A stretch of 64,000 nt of DNA from Planctomycetota bacterium. GTDB lineage: Bacteria > Planctomycetota > B15-G4. The stretch is taken from NCBI GenBank assembly GCA_965248575.1, contig CBDFJQ010000002.1:3360001-3424000 (forward strand), read 5' to 3'. The notes beneath the pieces are model-generated. The model made no database searches and was not told the DNA's origin. It saw nothing but the letters and a program-made list of their open reading frames with translations. Of the stretch, positions 9,882-20,243 are shown one piece after another. Both the position numbers and the translations under genes were made by a program. Each line of letters starts with the position of its first letter. The first letter of the stretch is position 1.

Positions 9882-12788
9882 ATGGCTCACGATTCGACAC
9901 CCTGGCTCTTCGGAGCCAAACCAGAAGCGACACCGCCCACTCCGGCTGCGAGTCCAGCGACTCCAGAAGCTGCTCACCCTGCGGAGTCCGAGACTCCGGC
10001 TGCTCCAGCATCGGACGCGCCGCCTCAGACGAAGCCGGCGACCGCCCCGCCGGATTCTTCCAAATCCCCCGCCAAGCCCGCCGCCAAACCCAAGGCGAAA
10101 GGGAAGCGCGGTTCGGCCAAGGACGCCGGTCCCTCGCCCATGATGCAGCAGTACCTGCGAGCCAAGAAGGAAGTCGGCGAGGCCGTGCTCTTCTTCCGCA
10201 TGGGCGACTTCTTCGAGTTGTTCCACGAGGACGCCGTGATCGCCTCGCGCGTCTTGGGCATCACGCTCACTTCGCGAAGCAAGGGCGACTCCGCCATCCC
10301 CATGGCTGGCGTACCGGTCAAAGCCTACGAGGGCTACCTCCACACGCTGATCCGCGAAGGCTATCGCGTCGCGCTCTGCGACCAGGTCCAGGACCCGAAG
10401 TTGGCCAAGGGCATCGTGGAGCGACGCGTCACCCGCATCATCTCCGCAGGAACGGTCTTCGAAGACGACCTGCTCGACCAAGGCAGCAGCAACTATCTTC
10501 TCGCGGTCTTTCCGGGGGAGGAAACGGCTGGTCTGGCGTGGCTGGATGTCTCCACTGGCGCATTCACAGTGGCTGAGGTGCGACGAGAGAAGGTGGCCGA
10601 CGAGATCTCCCGCCTCGACCCTTCCGAGATCCTGCTGCCCGAGTCGATGCTGCGCGAGCCGGGACCGTTGGTGCAGGAGATCACCCGAGCCAGCCATGCA
10701 CCACGCGTGCCAACGCCGGAGTGGAGCTTTGAACACGGCAACGCCGCACAGACCCTGCACGAGGTCCTGAAGGTCGCCACCCTCGAGGGCTTCGGTCTCG
10801 ACGAAAACAGCCTGTGTGTGAATGCCGCCGGCGCCGCCCTCTCCTACGTGCAGCACATGCAGCGCGGAGATGCGCCGCCCGTCTCGACGATCCGAGTGCA
10901 CGACGGCACCGCACGCGCGGGCCTCGACCGGGCCACCCGCTCCTGCCTCGAGCTGCTCGCCACCCAACGCGACGGCCGCCGGGAAGGTTCGCTGCTCTCC
11001 GTGCTCGATGCGACCGGCACCTCCATGGGTGCACGCCTCCTGAGAGAGTGGATCGTCGCACCCCTGCTCGACCCCGAGGCCATTCGCTGGCGGCAATCGG
11101 CTGTCTCCGAGTTGGTCGAAAAACGCGCCATCAGTGATGGCGTGGACGAGTACCTCGGCGCCATGCCCGATATCGAGCGCATCGCCACCCGGCTGCTGGC
11201 GGGCCGGGGCTCGCCGCGCGACCTGGCCGCCCTGCGCATGGCCCTGCGGCTCATCCCCAGCTTGCGGGACGCCCTCTCCAACTGTGCCAGCGCTCCCCTC
11301 GCGTCCGCTGCGGAGACCTTGCAGCCACTGCCGGAGTTGTTGCAGCTGCTGGAGCGCGGCCTCGCCGAGCATCCCGCACCCAGCTTGGGAGAGGGAGGGC
11401 TGATCGCCCCGGGCTGGAACGCCGAGCTCGATCAGCTGCGTGACCTGCGTGAGAACGGCGCCGCGGCCATCACCGCGTTCCAGGTCGCGGAAGCAGAGCG
11501 CTTGGGCATCCCCGCCCTCAAGGTCGGCTTCAACCGGGTCTTCGGCTACTTCATCGAGATCACCCATGTCCAAGCGGCCCAAGCGACGCTGCCCGATCAC
11601 TATGTCCGCAAGCAGACGCTGACGACGGCAGAGCGCTACATAACCTCCGAGTTGAAAGAGCTCGAGACCTCGATCCTGACGGCGGAGGAGAAGAGCAAGC
11701 GGCTCGAGCTGGACCTGTTCATGGAGATTCGCACCCGTGCCACGCAGGACGGCCTGGCGGTGCGTGAACTGGCGGCGGCGGTAGCTCAGTTGGACGTGCT
11801 CGCGAGCTTCGCCAAGACCGCCCGGGAGCGGGCTTGGGTGCGGCCCGAGGTGGATGACGGGCCGCAGATCGACATCCGCGACGGACGTCACCCCGTGCTC
11901 GATGCCATCCTGCCGGCGGGCGAGCTGGTGCCCAACGATGTCGACCTTCATCAGCAGGATGCGCGGCTCGTGCTCATCACGGGGCCGAACATGGCGGGTA
12001 AGTCCACCTACATCCGTCAGACAGCCTTGCTCGTGCTGCTTGCACAGCTGGGTGCCTACGTGCCGGCACGAGAAGCGCACATCGGCGTCGTGGACCGCAT
12101 CTTCACCCGCGTCGGTGCGGCGGATGACCTCGCTTCAGGCGCCTCCACCTTCATGGTGGAGATGACGGAAACCGCCGCGATCCTCAATGGCGCCAGCGAC
12201 CGCAGCCTCGTGATCCTCGACGAAGTCGGGCGCGGCACCAGCACGCAGGACGGCTTGAGCCTGGCCTGGGCCATCAGCGAGCACCTCTACAAGAGCATCA
12301 AGGCTCGCACCCTCTTCGCCACGCACTACCACGAGTTGGTGGACCTGGCCGACGAGTTCGACGGCGTGCGCAACGTCAACGTCGCGGTGAAGGAGTGGGG
12401 CGACGGCATCGTCTTCCAACACAAGATCATTCCGGGCGGCACGGACCGCAGCTACGGCCTGCACGTGGCGCGACTCGCCGGTGTGCCCGCGACGGTGATT
12501 GAACGGGCCCGTCACGTCCTGAACGACCTGGAACTGAGTGCGCCCGACCTGCGGCCCGGAGCCACGAGCGGATCGGCGGAACCCTCGGTCCCAGGTGATG
12601 AGACCTGCAGCGACAAGAGCTCCTCTGAAGAGGCCGCGCGTCAGAAGGCACTCTTCGCACGCCCCGTGGCAGCCATCGTGGACGAGATTCGTTCCCTGGA
12701 TGCCAACCAGATGACGCCCATCGATGCGTTGCTCATCTTGCAACGCTTTGCGGAACGCCTGTCCGACAAACCCAGTCAGGACGGCTAG
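9882..12788 (+). CDS. mutS: DNA mismatch repair protein MutS
   Basis: PMMQQY, FFRMGDFFELF, GPNMAGKST, STFMVEM, DEVGRGTST, FATHYHEL, SYGLHVA. Pro/Ala/Lys-rich N-terminal extension. Alternative start at 9858. Confidence 0.97.
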   Translation: MAHDSTPWLFGAKPEATPPTPAASPATPEAAHPAESETPAAPASDAPPQTKPATAPPDSSKSPAKPAAKPKAKGKRGSAKDAGPSPMMQQYLRAKKEVGEAVLFFRMGDFFELFHEDAVIASRVLGITLTSRSKGDSAIPMAGVPVKAYEGYLHTLIREGYRVALCDQVQDPKLAKGIVERRVTRIISAGTVFEDDLLDQGSSNYLLAVFPGEETAGLAWLDVSTGAFTVAEVRREKVADEISRLDPSEILLPESMLREPGPLVQEITRASHAPRVPTPEWSFEHGNAAQTLHEVLKVATLEGFGLDENSLCVNAAGAALSYVQHMQRGDAPPVSTIRVHDGTARAGLDRATRSCLELLATQRDGRREGSLLSVLDATGTSMGARLLREWIVAPLLDPEAIRWRQSAVSELVEKRAISDGVDEYLGAMPDIERIATRLLAGRGSPRDLAALRMALRLIPSLRDALSNCASAPLASAAETLQPLPELLQLLERGLAEHPAPSLGEGGLIAPGWNAELDQLRDLRENGAAAITAFQVAEAERLGIPALKVGFNRVFGYFIEITHVQAAQATLPDHYVRKQTLTTAERYITSELKELETSILTAEEKSKRLELDLFMEIRTRATQDGLAVRELAAAVAQLDVLASFAKTARERAWVRPEVDDGPQIDIRDGRHPVLDAILPAGELVPNDVDLHQQDARLVLITGPNMAGKSTYIRQTALLVLLAQLGAYVPAREAHIGVVDRIFTRVGAADDLASGASTFMVEMTETAAILNGASDRSLVILDEVGRGTSTQDGLSLAWAISEHLYKSIKARTLFATHYHELVDLADEFDGVRNVNVAVKEWGDGIVFQHKIIPGGTDRSYGLHVARLAGVPATVIERARHVLNDLELSAPDLRPGATSGSAEPSVPGDETCSDKSSSEEAARQKALFARPVAAIVDEIRSLDANQMTPIDALLILQRFAERLSDKPSQDG

Positions 12789-13079
12789 GCTCGACGCTTC
12801 AGTGAGCGGCGGCGCGTCTCTCGGGACAAAGCAGTCCGTCTCGAAACAAATGGCGGAAAAGAAGCGGGACGCGACCCGACCCTCAACGCTTCATCAGCCA
12901 CGAGAGACCTGATCACCCTCTCGGCCCGAACGACAACTCAACAACCGAGAGTCGTTCACTTCTCACTCTCAGCTGATGACTCGTTTCACATTCGCTGAGA
13001 GATCTCTCCGCGCCACGAGTTTGCTGTTGAGGGGAACTCATTCATCACGCGGTCAAAACGCCCTTTCTAGGAGTCCGCC

Positions 13080-13874
13080 ATGAAGTCTCTTGCTCTCCAG
13101 GTTTCCGCAGCCCTGATCCTGATGTCATCCGCAGCATTCTCACAAGGGTTCTTCGATTCGCTCACGGAGTGGGGCACGCCGGGTCTTCTCTACGGACCAG
13201 TCCCCAACGACACCTACATCGTCAACATCGATGGCGACTCGACGGAGGACTACACCCTAGACATCTTCTTCGTGAGAGAGGGTGAGATCCCCGGGCCGCT
13301 CATCACGATCAACACTCCCGTAACAGGGGTGCCTGATGACATCACGCGCGAAATCCTCTATGCAGAACTCCTTCCGGGCCCTAGCTCTCTCTCGATCACG
13401 AAACACTTCGATCTCACGCGCGTCGGCGACACCACCTTCATCATCGACTTGAAGCGTCGTTCGAACATCTCAGACATCTTCATCTTCTGCAGCGACGACA
13501 ACATCCGAATCGAGACGTTCAAGCTCCCTGCGTCTTGGGGCCCGTTCTACGTGATCGACACGGACCCTAAGGACAGCCTGGATGAGGAGCCTGACGGCCC
13601 GGAAACCACCACGACCGGTGGCGGATCAACCCTGGAGATCAGCCTGGCCCTCGGCACCCAGCTCTTCAGCTTCAGCGTGCCGATCGCCACGGGATGGACG
13701 GACCACACCTTGTCGTGGACCTTGCCCTTCGCGCCGTCACTCTGGATCAAGCACGCGCCGACTCCGATCGGGAGAACCGCCAGAATCCTCAACGGCGACA
13801 GCCAGAACAGCTCTACGGCGAACGACCCCGCCATGAACGTCACAGGGGTCAACTACGACCCGCGCTGGAACTGA
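13080..13874 (+). CDS. Secreted hypothetical protein, atypical composition
   Basis: AGGAG RBS, signal peptide ending AFS|Q, visibly less GC-rich than flanking genes, GC hairpin after the stop (13893-13912). Confidence 0.7.
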   Translation: MKSLALQVSAALILMSSAAFSQGFFDSLTEWGTPGLLYGPVPNDTYIVNIDGDSTEDYTLDIFFVREGEIPGPLITINTPVTGVPDDITREILYAELLPGPSSLSITKHFDLTRVGDTTFIIDLKRRSNISDIFIFCSDDNIRIETFKLPASWGPFYVIDTDPKDSLDEEPDGPETTTTGGGSTLEISLALGTQLFSFSVPIATGWTDHTLSWTLPFAPSLWIKHAPTPIGRTARILNGDSQNSSTANDPAMNVTGVNYDPRWN

Positions 13875-13979
13875 ACCCCAGCTCGCAACAACCGCGGGGC
13901 CAGCGCCCCGCGCAAACCTCAGGCCTGGCTGGCCATCGTGTCAGCCGGGCCTGATTCCGTTCACGGACGGGCGGCCCGC

Positions 13980-15356
13980 CTAACGCACTTCCAGCAGGAC
14001 CGCCTTGAGGTAGTCCGACTCGGGGTAGGTCAGCAGGTGCGGGTGACATCGAGCAGCTCCGCGCGTCGCCAACACCGTCACGTCTCGACGGGCATCGGCG
14101 GCGGCGGCACGCAAGCTGCCCAGGAAATCCTCGCGACTGAGATGGAACGAGCAACTGCACGTGAGCAGGCGGCCGCCGGGGCGCAACAGACGCAGTGCCC
14201 GCAGATTCAGTTCCTTGTAGGCCCGCAGCGCCCGTTGCAGGTCGGGCTTTCGCTTCGCCAGTGCTGGCGGGTCGAGCACGATGCCGTCGAACTGTTCGCC
14301 AGCACCCACCCGTTCCCGCAAGTCTTCGAAGACGTTGACCTGGTGCGTCTCGATGGCGTCAGACAATTCGTTGGCTTGGGCGTGGCGGGCCAGGCGTTCG
14401 AGCGCCGGCTGGCTGCTGTCCAAGGCCTGGACCTGTGAGCCCGCCGCCGCGAGATGAAGCGCAAATCCGCCATCGTGCGAAAAAGCATCCAGGCAACGCC
14501 CCACGGGCAGCACCTCGGCAGCCCAAGGTTGGTTCTCACGCTGGTCGAGGTAGGTGCCCGTCTTCTGCCCCCGCCACGGATCCACCTCGCGTCGGATCCC
14601 ACCCTGTTTCCAGATGACGTGCTCGGGCACTTCGCCCGCCAGCAACGAAACACCCTCGGGCAGATCTTCCAGCTTGCGGAAGCCTCCATCGTTTCGCGCG
14701 AGGGCGCCCTTGAAGCCATGCTGCTCGACGAGGTAACGCGCCATGGCAGGTGCCGCGGCATCGGCCCAACGACAACCCGCCTGGAACACCGCCACCTCCG
14801 CAAAGCGGTCGATGACGAGGCCGGGCAGACCGTCCGCCTCCGAATGGACCATGCGATAGGAGTTGTCGCCCTCCGGCACGCACTGCTCTCGCCGTGCAAG
14901 GGCGGCCTCAAGCCGCGTGATGGCCCACTCCACCTCGTCGCTCGCCTCACCCGCCGGCAGGAAGCCCGGTTCGCGGCTCACAACTCGCAGCGGAATACGT
15001 GATCCCACACTGAGACAGGCGGCACCGCGTTCGACCCCCGGTGGCCCCTCCAGTCGGATCAGCTCTCCATCGCGGCTGGAGTTCACGGCGATGTGGTCCT
15101 CGAACAACCACGGGTGGCCGCCCCCCAGGCGCTGCACGCCAGCACGTGTCAGGACCACCACGGGCTCCGAGGTCGAAGGCACATCCTCATGGTCAGCCCC
15201 ACCACCGCGCACGATGAGGTTCTCGTGGGATCTCCGGCCGCGACCCTCTCCCCGCTCCGGGTCCCCCGCCTTGCCCGCGCGCCCCTCGCTGGGGTTCGCG
15301 CGCTCCTTGCGGTGCTTGTGGGGCCGTCGGGCGTTGGTCTTGCGCGGGCGGGTCAT
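13980..15356 (-). CDS. rlmI: Class I SAM-dependent rRNA m5C methyltransferase, RlmI-like
   Basis: GHPWLF, SEADGLPGLVIDRF, GQKTGTYLDQREN, LDPPA, TCSCS, YPESDYLK. Arg/Lys-rich N-terminal extension. Confidence 0.85.
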   Translation of the reverse strand: MTRPRKTNARRPHKHRKERANPSEGRAGKAGDPERGEGRGRRSHENLIVRGGGADHEDVPSTSEPVVVLTRAGVQRLGGGHPWLFEDHIAVNSSRDGELIRLEGPPGVERGAACLSVGSRIPLRVVSREPGFLPAGEASDEVEWAITRLEAALARREQCVPEGDNSYRMVHSEADGLPGLVIDRFAEVAVFQAGCRWADAAAPAMARYLVEQHGFKGALARNDGGFRKLEDLPEGVSLLAGEVPEHVIWKQGGIRREVDPWRGQKTGTYLDQRENQPWAAEVLPVGRCLDAFSHDGGFALHLAAAGSQVQALDSSQPALERLARHAQANELSDAIETHQVNVFEDLRERVGAGEQFDGIVLDPPALAKRKPDLQRALRAYKELNLRALRLLRPGGRLLTCSCSFHLSREDFLGSLRAAAADARRDVTVLATRGAARCHPHLLTYPESDYLKAVLLEVR

Positions 15357-16357
15357 GCGTCAGCCTCCGCAGCACCGTCAAACACGCGCATCAAGTTGGC
15401 CCCCAGGAAACAGCGCACCGTCTGCTCGCTGTGGCCTCGGTCCAGCATGCCCGCCGTGAGGCGCGGAAGCGTCGAGACGTCCTCCAGGCCCACTGGAGTC
15501 GTGGGAATCCCGTCATAGTCCGTCCCCAATCCCACGTGCCTGACGCCGGCGACCTCGATGAAGTGATCCACGTGGTCAAGCACATCGGTCAGGGTGGCTG
15601 CGCCTTCCTTCATCAGGAAGGCCGGATAGAAGTTCACGCAGGCCACCCCGCCCTGGGCGGCGATGGCTCGCAGCTGATCGTCCTCGAGGTTCCGTGGGTG
15701 ATCACGCAGGGCCCGGGCACAGCTGTGGCTTGCGATGAGGGGGCGACGGGCCAAGGACAGCACATCATCGAAGGTGCTGCGTGCCGCATGGGAGACGTCC
15801 ACCACCATGTCCAACTCCTCCATGGCCGCCACGACCTCCCGGCCGCGCGCCGTCAAGCCCCCATGGGGGCCGACGTCACCGCAGCCATCGGCCCACTCAT
15901 TGCTGTTGTTCCAGGTGAGCGTCATGGTGCGCACACCGCGCCCATGAAACTCGAGCAGGATATCGAGGTCGTTCTCGATGGCGTGGCCCCCTTCGATGGC
16001 GAGCACCCCGGCCAACTGCCCCTGCTGCCGCGCATGAGCAATCTCGCCGGGGGCCGTGCACAACGCCAAGCGCTCCGGAAAGCGCGCCAGCTGCCGATCC
16101 ATGGTGTCCAGCTGCATCCGAACTCGATCGGCCGCCCCATCGGGCAGGCACTTGGGGCTCACGAAACAGGTGAAGACCTGAGCGTCCAGCACTCCATGCG
16201 CCACGCGCGGAAAATCGATGTGGGTGCCTTCAGGGGCAGCGTCGAGGTCGTAGCCCCGGTCCGACATCTCGGTCAAGGTGTCGGCATGGGCGTCGAACAC
16301 CAGGGCGGCCTCATGCAGATCAGCAGCAACAGGAGAGATGTCTGCGAGCGTCTTCAC
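15353..16357 (-). CDS. Membrane dipeptidase (M19, amidohydrolase fold)
   Basis: DAHAD, IEGG, LTWN, DVSH, ASHS, HPRNL.D, GLGTDYDG. Confidence 0.9.
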   Translation of the reverse strand: MKTLADISPVAADLHEAALVFDAHADTLTEMSDRGYDLDAAPEGTHIDFPRVAHGVLDAQVFTCFVSPKCLPDGAADRVRMQLDTMDRQLARFPERLALCTAPGEIAHARQQGQLAGVLAIEGGHAIENDLDILLEFHGRGVRTMTLTWNNSNEWADGCGDVGPHGGLTARGREVVAAMEELDMVVDVSHAARSTFDDVLSLARRPLIASHSCARALRDHPRNLEDDQLRAIAAQGGVACVNFYPAFLMKEGAATLTDVLDHVDHFIEVAGVRHVGLGTDYDGIPTTPVGLEDVSTLPRLTAGMLDRGHSEQTVRCFLGANLMRVFDGAAEADA

Positions 16358-16482
16358 GTGCGCAGTATGTCCACCTCAGCCCCCCGTTTGCGCCCTTTTC
16401 TCGCAGCGGTTAGCCTCCCGCCACGCGAGAGGGCGCAGCGGGCGCTCTTCACTCCTAACGTCTCTACCGCCGAGGTGCACCC

Positions 16483-16893
16483 GTGGTCGGACCACGCGTC
16501 TTCACGCTTGAGGAAGCCAACGCTCTGCTTCCCGACCTCGAATGCGCCTTCAATGAGCTGGACACCCTTCGGGATCAGATGAAGGCGGCCAAGGTGAAGC
16601 TCAACGCTCTCGAGATGATCTGGGGCCAGGGCATCAACGATTCCGAGTGCCCGGACCGCCGCGAAGGGCTCGATCTGGTAGAGCAGCTCAAGGAAGCCCA
16701 GGAATCGGTGGGCAAGGTCATCGAACGCCTGGCCGAGATGGGTGCCACGGTCAAGGACGTGCACGAAGGGCTCGCGGACGTCTATCACGTGCGCGAAGGC
16801 CGGCTCGTCTTCCTGTGCTGGCAGCGCGGCGAAGAGGAGTTCGAAGCCTGGCATCACGTGGACGAAGGCTTCGCGAACCGGGAATCGCTCTAG
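16483..16893 (+). CDS. DUF2203-like protein
   Basis: FTLEEANALLP...VKDV..GL.D...VFLCWQRGE...WH...GFANR. Confidence 0.85.
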   Translation: MVGPRVFTLEEANALLPDLECAFNELDTLRDQMKAAKVKLNALEMIWGQGINDSECPDRREGLDLVEQLKEAQESVGKVIERLAEMGATVKDVHEGLADVYHVREGRLVFLCWQRGEEEFEAWHHVDEGFANRESL

Positions 16894-17669
16894 GCCCCGT
16901 TATGGGTCCCGTCGCCCGCTGCGGCCGGGCGCGCCGACACGATGATCGACGTCCCGAATGGCAGCGGACTACCCAGGGCCAGCTCGCAACGCCCCGCGAA
17001 GGTCATGAGCGAGTTCATCGCTGAAGAGACGGGCGGGAACTCGACACTCTGCACCGTCTTCCGCACCCGGCGTTGCCACCAGGCCGGCGGCACGCAGTAG
17101 CTGAAGAAGGAGCGCATGCTCTCAACGCGCCAGCCACCTTCCGTCAGGTGCTCGTGCAGGCTGCGCTGGGTGTAGCGACGGAAGTGCCCGCACTGCTCGT
17201 CCCACGGGCTCCACAGGCCGGGGTGTGCCGGGACCGTCGCCACCAACAAGGCCCCAGGCTGTACCACCTGCGCGAGATGCTTGAGGGCCAGGACCGGGTC
17301 CTCAAGATGTTCCAGCACGTCGAGGCAGGTCACGGCGTGGGGCTGCAGCGGAAGATCGAGAGGCTCGCGGAAGTCGGCCAGCTTCGCTTCCAAGCCTCGC
17401 GAGACGGCGACGTCTACCGCTTCCTGGGTGCCATCCAAGCCGCACGACTGCGTGGGCTTCAGCGAATCCACGACTCGCCGCATGACACCGCCGGCACCAC
17501 AGCCCAGGTCGAGGTAGGACCAGGCGGCCAGCTTGGAGACCTCCGGCTTCAGGCGGCGTTCCACCTGAGCCTGGCGCACGGCGTACCACCAGTAATCACC
17601 GCTGTCGGCGGCCGAGATTTCTGCGACATGCTGTGTGCTGATCTCACGGCCGTCCATGGGCTGGAGCAT
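16890..17669 (-). CDS. Class I SAM-dependent methyltransferase
   Basis: YWWY, LDLGCGAG, LDVLEHLED, TVPAHPGLWS.WD...GHFRRY. Confidence 0.88.
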   Translation of the reverse strand: MLQPMDGREISTQHVAEISAADSGDYWWYAVRQAQVERRLKPEVSKLAAWSYLDLGCGAGGVMRRVVDSLKPTQSCGLDGTQEAVDVAVSRGLEAKLADFREPLDLPLQPHAVTCLDVLEHLEDPVLALKHLAQVVQPGALLVATVPAHPGLWSPWDEQCGHFRRYTQRSLHEHLTEGGWRVESMRSFFSYCVPPAWWQRRVRKTVQSVEFPPVSSAMNSLMTFAGRCELALGSPLPFGTSIIVSARPAAAGDGTHNGA

Positions 17670-17737
17670 ACAACGCCGACCGCCTCGGCGTCGGCGGGCG
17701 CCCCGCCACCGGCAGTCCGCTCGGCCCCGAAACGCAG

Positions 17738-17776
17738 CCGGCCCCTCCCTAGCGAAAGCTGCCGGGGAGGGGCCGG
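17738..17776. terminator. GC-rich hairpin downstream of the vWA gene
   Basis: ccggcccctccc...gggaggggccgg inverted repeat with an inner agc-gaaa-gct. No clear U-tract. Confidence 0.4.
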
Positions 17777-17782
17777 TGTCGG

Positions 17783-20233
17783 TCAGCGTGCTTGGTAGCC
17801 GGACATGCCCTGCGCCGTGCGCACCAGGCGCAAGAACTCGGCCCGGTCGCCATGGGGGTCGGCTCCCAGAGCCTCGGCCGCCCAGTCGTAGACCTGTCCC
17901 AGATCCACATCGCCGCGGTGAGCGCTGTGCCGAAGCACCATGCCGAAGGAAGCCACCGAGGCGGCGAAGCGGAAGTCCGTGCTCGCCTCAGCGAAGCCCA
18001 GCTCACCGTCCATGAAGGGCACGGCGAACTCCCGACCCGTGTCCTCGTTGGGCCGCTTGTAGCGCAGGTTCACCGTGAGCATCTCCGGGTTCGCCATGCG
18101 GTCGGCGACAGCGTCGGCGTCCGCTTCGTCCACCAGCGATGCCTGGTACTTCAACTGCACGGCGCCGGGCAGCGGGGCGAGCCCCACCGGCACCACTTCG
18201 TAGAGCGCCGTGACGGTGTGTCCGGCGCCGATCTCTCCGGCATCCTTTTTGTCGTTCCGGAAGTCCTGGGCCGCGAGCTTCCTGTTTTCGTAGCCCAGCA
18301 AGCGGTAGGAGCTGACGTGCGATGGGTTGAACTCCACCTGCAGCTTCACGTCCTTGGCGATGGTCACCAGGGTGCCGCCCATCTCCCGCACGAGCACCTT
18401 GTGGGCCTCGTTGAGGGTGTCGATGTAGGCGTAGTTGCCGTTGCCACGGTCGGCCAGGATCTCCGCCTTGCTGTCCTTCAGGTTGCCCGTGCCGAAGCCC
18501 AGCACGGTGAGGAAGACACCGCTCTTGGCCTTCTCGGTGATGAACGCTTCCAGCTCGCCTTCCTGGGTCAGGCCGACGTTGAAGTCGCCGTCCGTCGCCA
18601 GCAGCACGCGGTTCACCCCGCCTTCCACGAGATGCTCCTGCGCGATGGCATAGGCCTTCTGGATGCCGTCACTGGCGTGGGTGGAACCACCCGCCGTCAG
18701 CCCATTGAGGGAGGCCAGGATCCTGTCCTTGTCCGCACCGGAGGTGGCCGGCAGCACAAGCCGCGAACCGTTGGCGTAGGTGACGATGGCCACCCGGTCC
18801 CGCTCGTCCAGCTGCTCCACCAGCAACTTCAACGAAGCCACCAGCAGCGGCAGTTTGTCGTCATTCTTCATCGAGCCCGAGACGTCCAGCAGGAACACCA
18901 GGTTGCTCGCGGGCCGCTCCTCCTTCTCAAAGCTGGCGCCCTTGAGTCCGATGCGCACGAGCCGATGGCGCGGTGCCCAGGGGGCGCTGGCCGACTCCAC
19001 CGTCACCGAGAAGGGGTGCTCCCCCGTAGGTGCTGGCAAGTCATAGTCGAAGGCGTTGATGAACTCTTCCAAGCGCACGGCGTTCGGCGGCGGCGCCTGC
19101 TTCATGTTCAGGAAGCGCCGCGCGTTGGCATAGGACGCCGTGTCCACATCGATGCCGAAGGTCGACAGGGCCGAGTAGGCATCGTCCGTGAGCGGCTTGA
19201 AAGGGTTCTCATGGATGGGCGCGTAGGACTCGCCAGTCGAAATAGGGCGGTTGCGCTCCGCAGACTCCCCAGAGAGGTAGCCGAGACTGCGGAGTGCACG
19301 ATCATCGCTGGCCAGGGAAGCGGGCATCCTTTGCCTCGCCAGCTGCTCATCCCTGCCGTTGGCCAGAGTCTTGAGGGGCTCTTGCACATCACGCCGCGCG
19401 CCAGGCCCGCCGGAGGTCCCGCCGCCACCGCCACCCAGGTAGCCCAGGGCCGCCAGCTCGTCCTTCTGCCCGTCGGTCAGCTGCTGGGCGGGGGCGAAGC
19501 TGAGACTGCTCAACGGCTCGTCACTTTTCGAACGCTTCTCTCCCCCGGAGGTCCCGCCGCCACCGCCCTCGCTGTATCCCAGGGCGCTGAGTGAGTCGAT
19601 GAGCTCCTGGCTGAGCGCCTCCGTTGGCAGGCCCGCACCTCGGGTGTAACCGAGCTCCCGTAGAACCTGCTGGCCTGGCGCGCTCCGAGAGCGCTCAGAC
19701 TCCTCGATGCCGTAGTTACTGTTGCGTGACCGAAGAGTCTGTGCCGAAGGAGCGTTTGCCGTGGGGTGGCCCGCGTCCGCCGCGCCGCCGATCAGCGGCC
19801 GGCTATCCGTCGCGAACTTCCATGCGAAGCCCACGATCAGAAGGGCTGCGGCCGTAGAGAGCCACATACGCAGAACCGCGCCGCGGCTCCTTCGTGTGGA
19901 CCTCACGGGCTGTGCACCGGCGCTGCCGTTGTCCAGTGCCGCGGTGAGTGTGGCCCGCTGCTCTGGTTGCAGGCGCGGTGCGTCTTCTCCAGCGATCTCC
20001 TCCGCCAGCTCGTGGCTGAGCAGCTCGGAGAAGGCGCGAGTCTCGTCCACAAGGGCCTGGGCGCCGGGCGTCTCTTGCAGGAAGCGCTCTACGGCGCTGA
20101 CGTCGGCGCCAGCCTCCAGCTCACCCAGTGCGTAGGCGGTGAGGCGCGGGTCGTCCGCACTCGTCACCGGCGAGCCGGGTTCGGGTGCCTGGGGCATCTC
20201 GTTGGTCGTCTTGTCGTTGCGTTCGTTTGTCAT
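17783..20233 (-). CDS. vWA-domain protein (YfbK-like) with anti-sigma-like N-terminus and TM helix
   Basis: LTAYALGEL N-terminus, one TM helix, STFGIDVDTASY, MIDAS motif DVSGS, ATDGDFNVG, YRLLGYENR, DAGEIGAGH. Confidence 0.88.
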   Translation of the reverse strand: MTNERNDKTTNEMPQAPEPGSPVTSADDPRLTAYALGELEAGADVSAVERFLQETPGAQALVDETRAFSELLSHELAEEIAGEDAPRLQPEQRATLTAALDNGSAGAQPVRSTRRSRGAVLRMWLSTAAALLIVGFAWKFATDSRPLIGGAADAGHPTANAPSAQTLRSRNSNYGIEESERSRSAPGQQVLRELGYTRGAGLPTEALSQELIDSLSALGYSEGGGGGTSGGEKRSKSDEPLSSLSFAPAQQLTDGQKDELAALGYLGGGGGGTSGGPGARRDVQEPLKTLANGRDEQLARQRMPASLASDDRALRSLGYLSGESAERNRPISTGESYAPIHENPFKPLTDDAYSALSTFGIDVDTASYANARRFLNMKQAPPPNAVRLEEFINAFDYDLPAPTGEHPFSVTVESASAPWAPRHRLVRIGLKGASFEKEERPASNLVFLLDVSGSMKNDDKLPLLVASLKLLVEQLDERDRVAIVTYANGSRLVLPATSGADKDRILASLNGLTAGGSTHASDGIQKAYAIAQEHLVEGGVNRVLLATDGDFNVGLTQEGELEAFITEKAKSGVFLTVLGFGTGNLKDSKAEILADRGNGNYAYIDTLNEAHKVLVREMGGTLVTIAKDVKLQVEFNPSHVSSYRLLGYENRKLAAQDFRNDKKDAGEIGAGHTVTALYEVVPVGLAPLPGAVQLKYQASLVDEADADAVADRMANPEMLTVNLRYKRPNEDTGREFAVPFMDGELGFAEASTDFRFAASVASFGMVLRHSAHRGDVDLGQVYDWAAEALGADPHGDRAEFLRLVRTAQGMSGYQAR
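19410..19567. repeat. 23-bp direct repeat inside the vWA gene (GGGGGTSGG linkers)
   Basis: ccggaggtcccgccgccaccgcc at 19410-19432 and 19545-19567. Confidence 0.85.
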
Positions 20234-20243
20234 GGGTCTGTCC

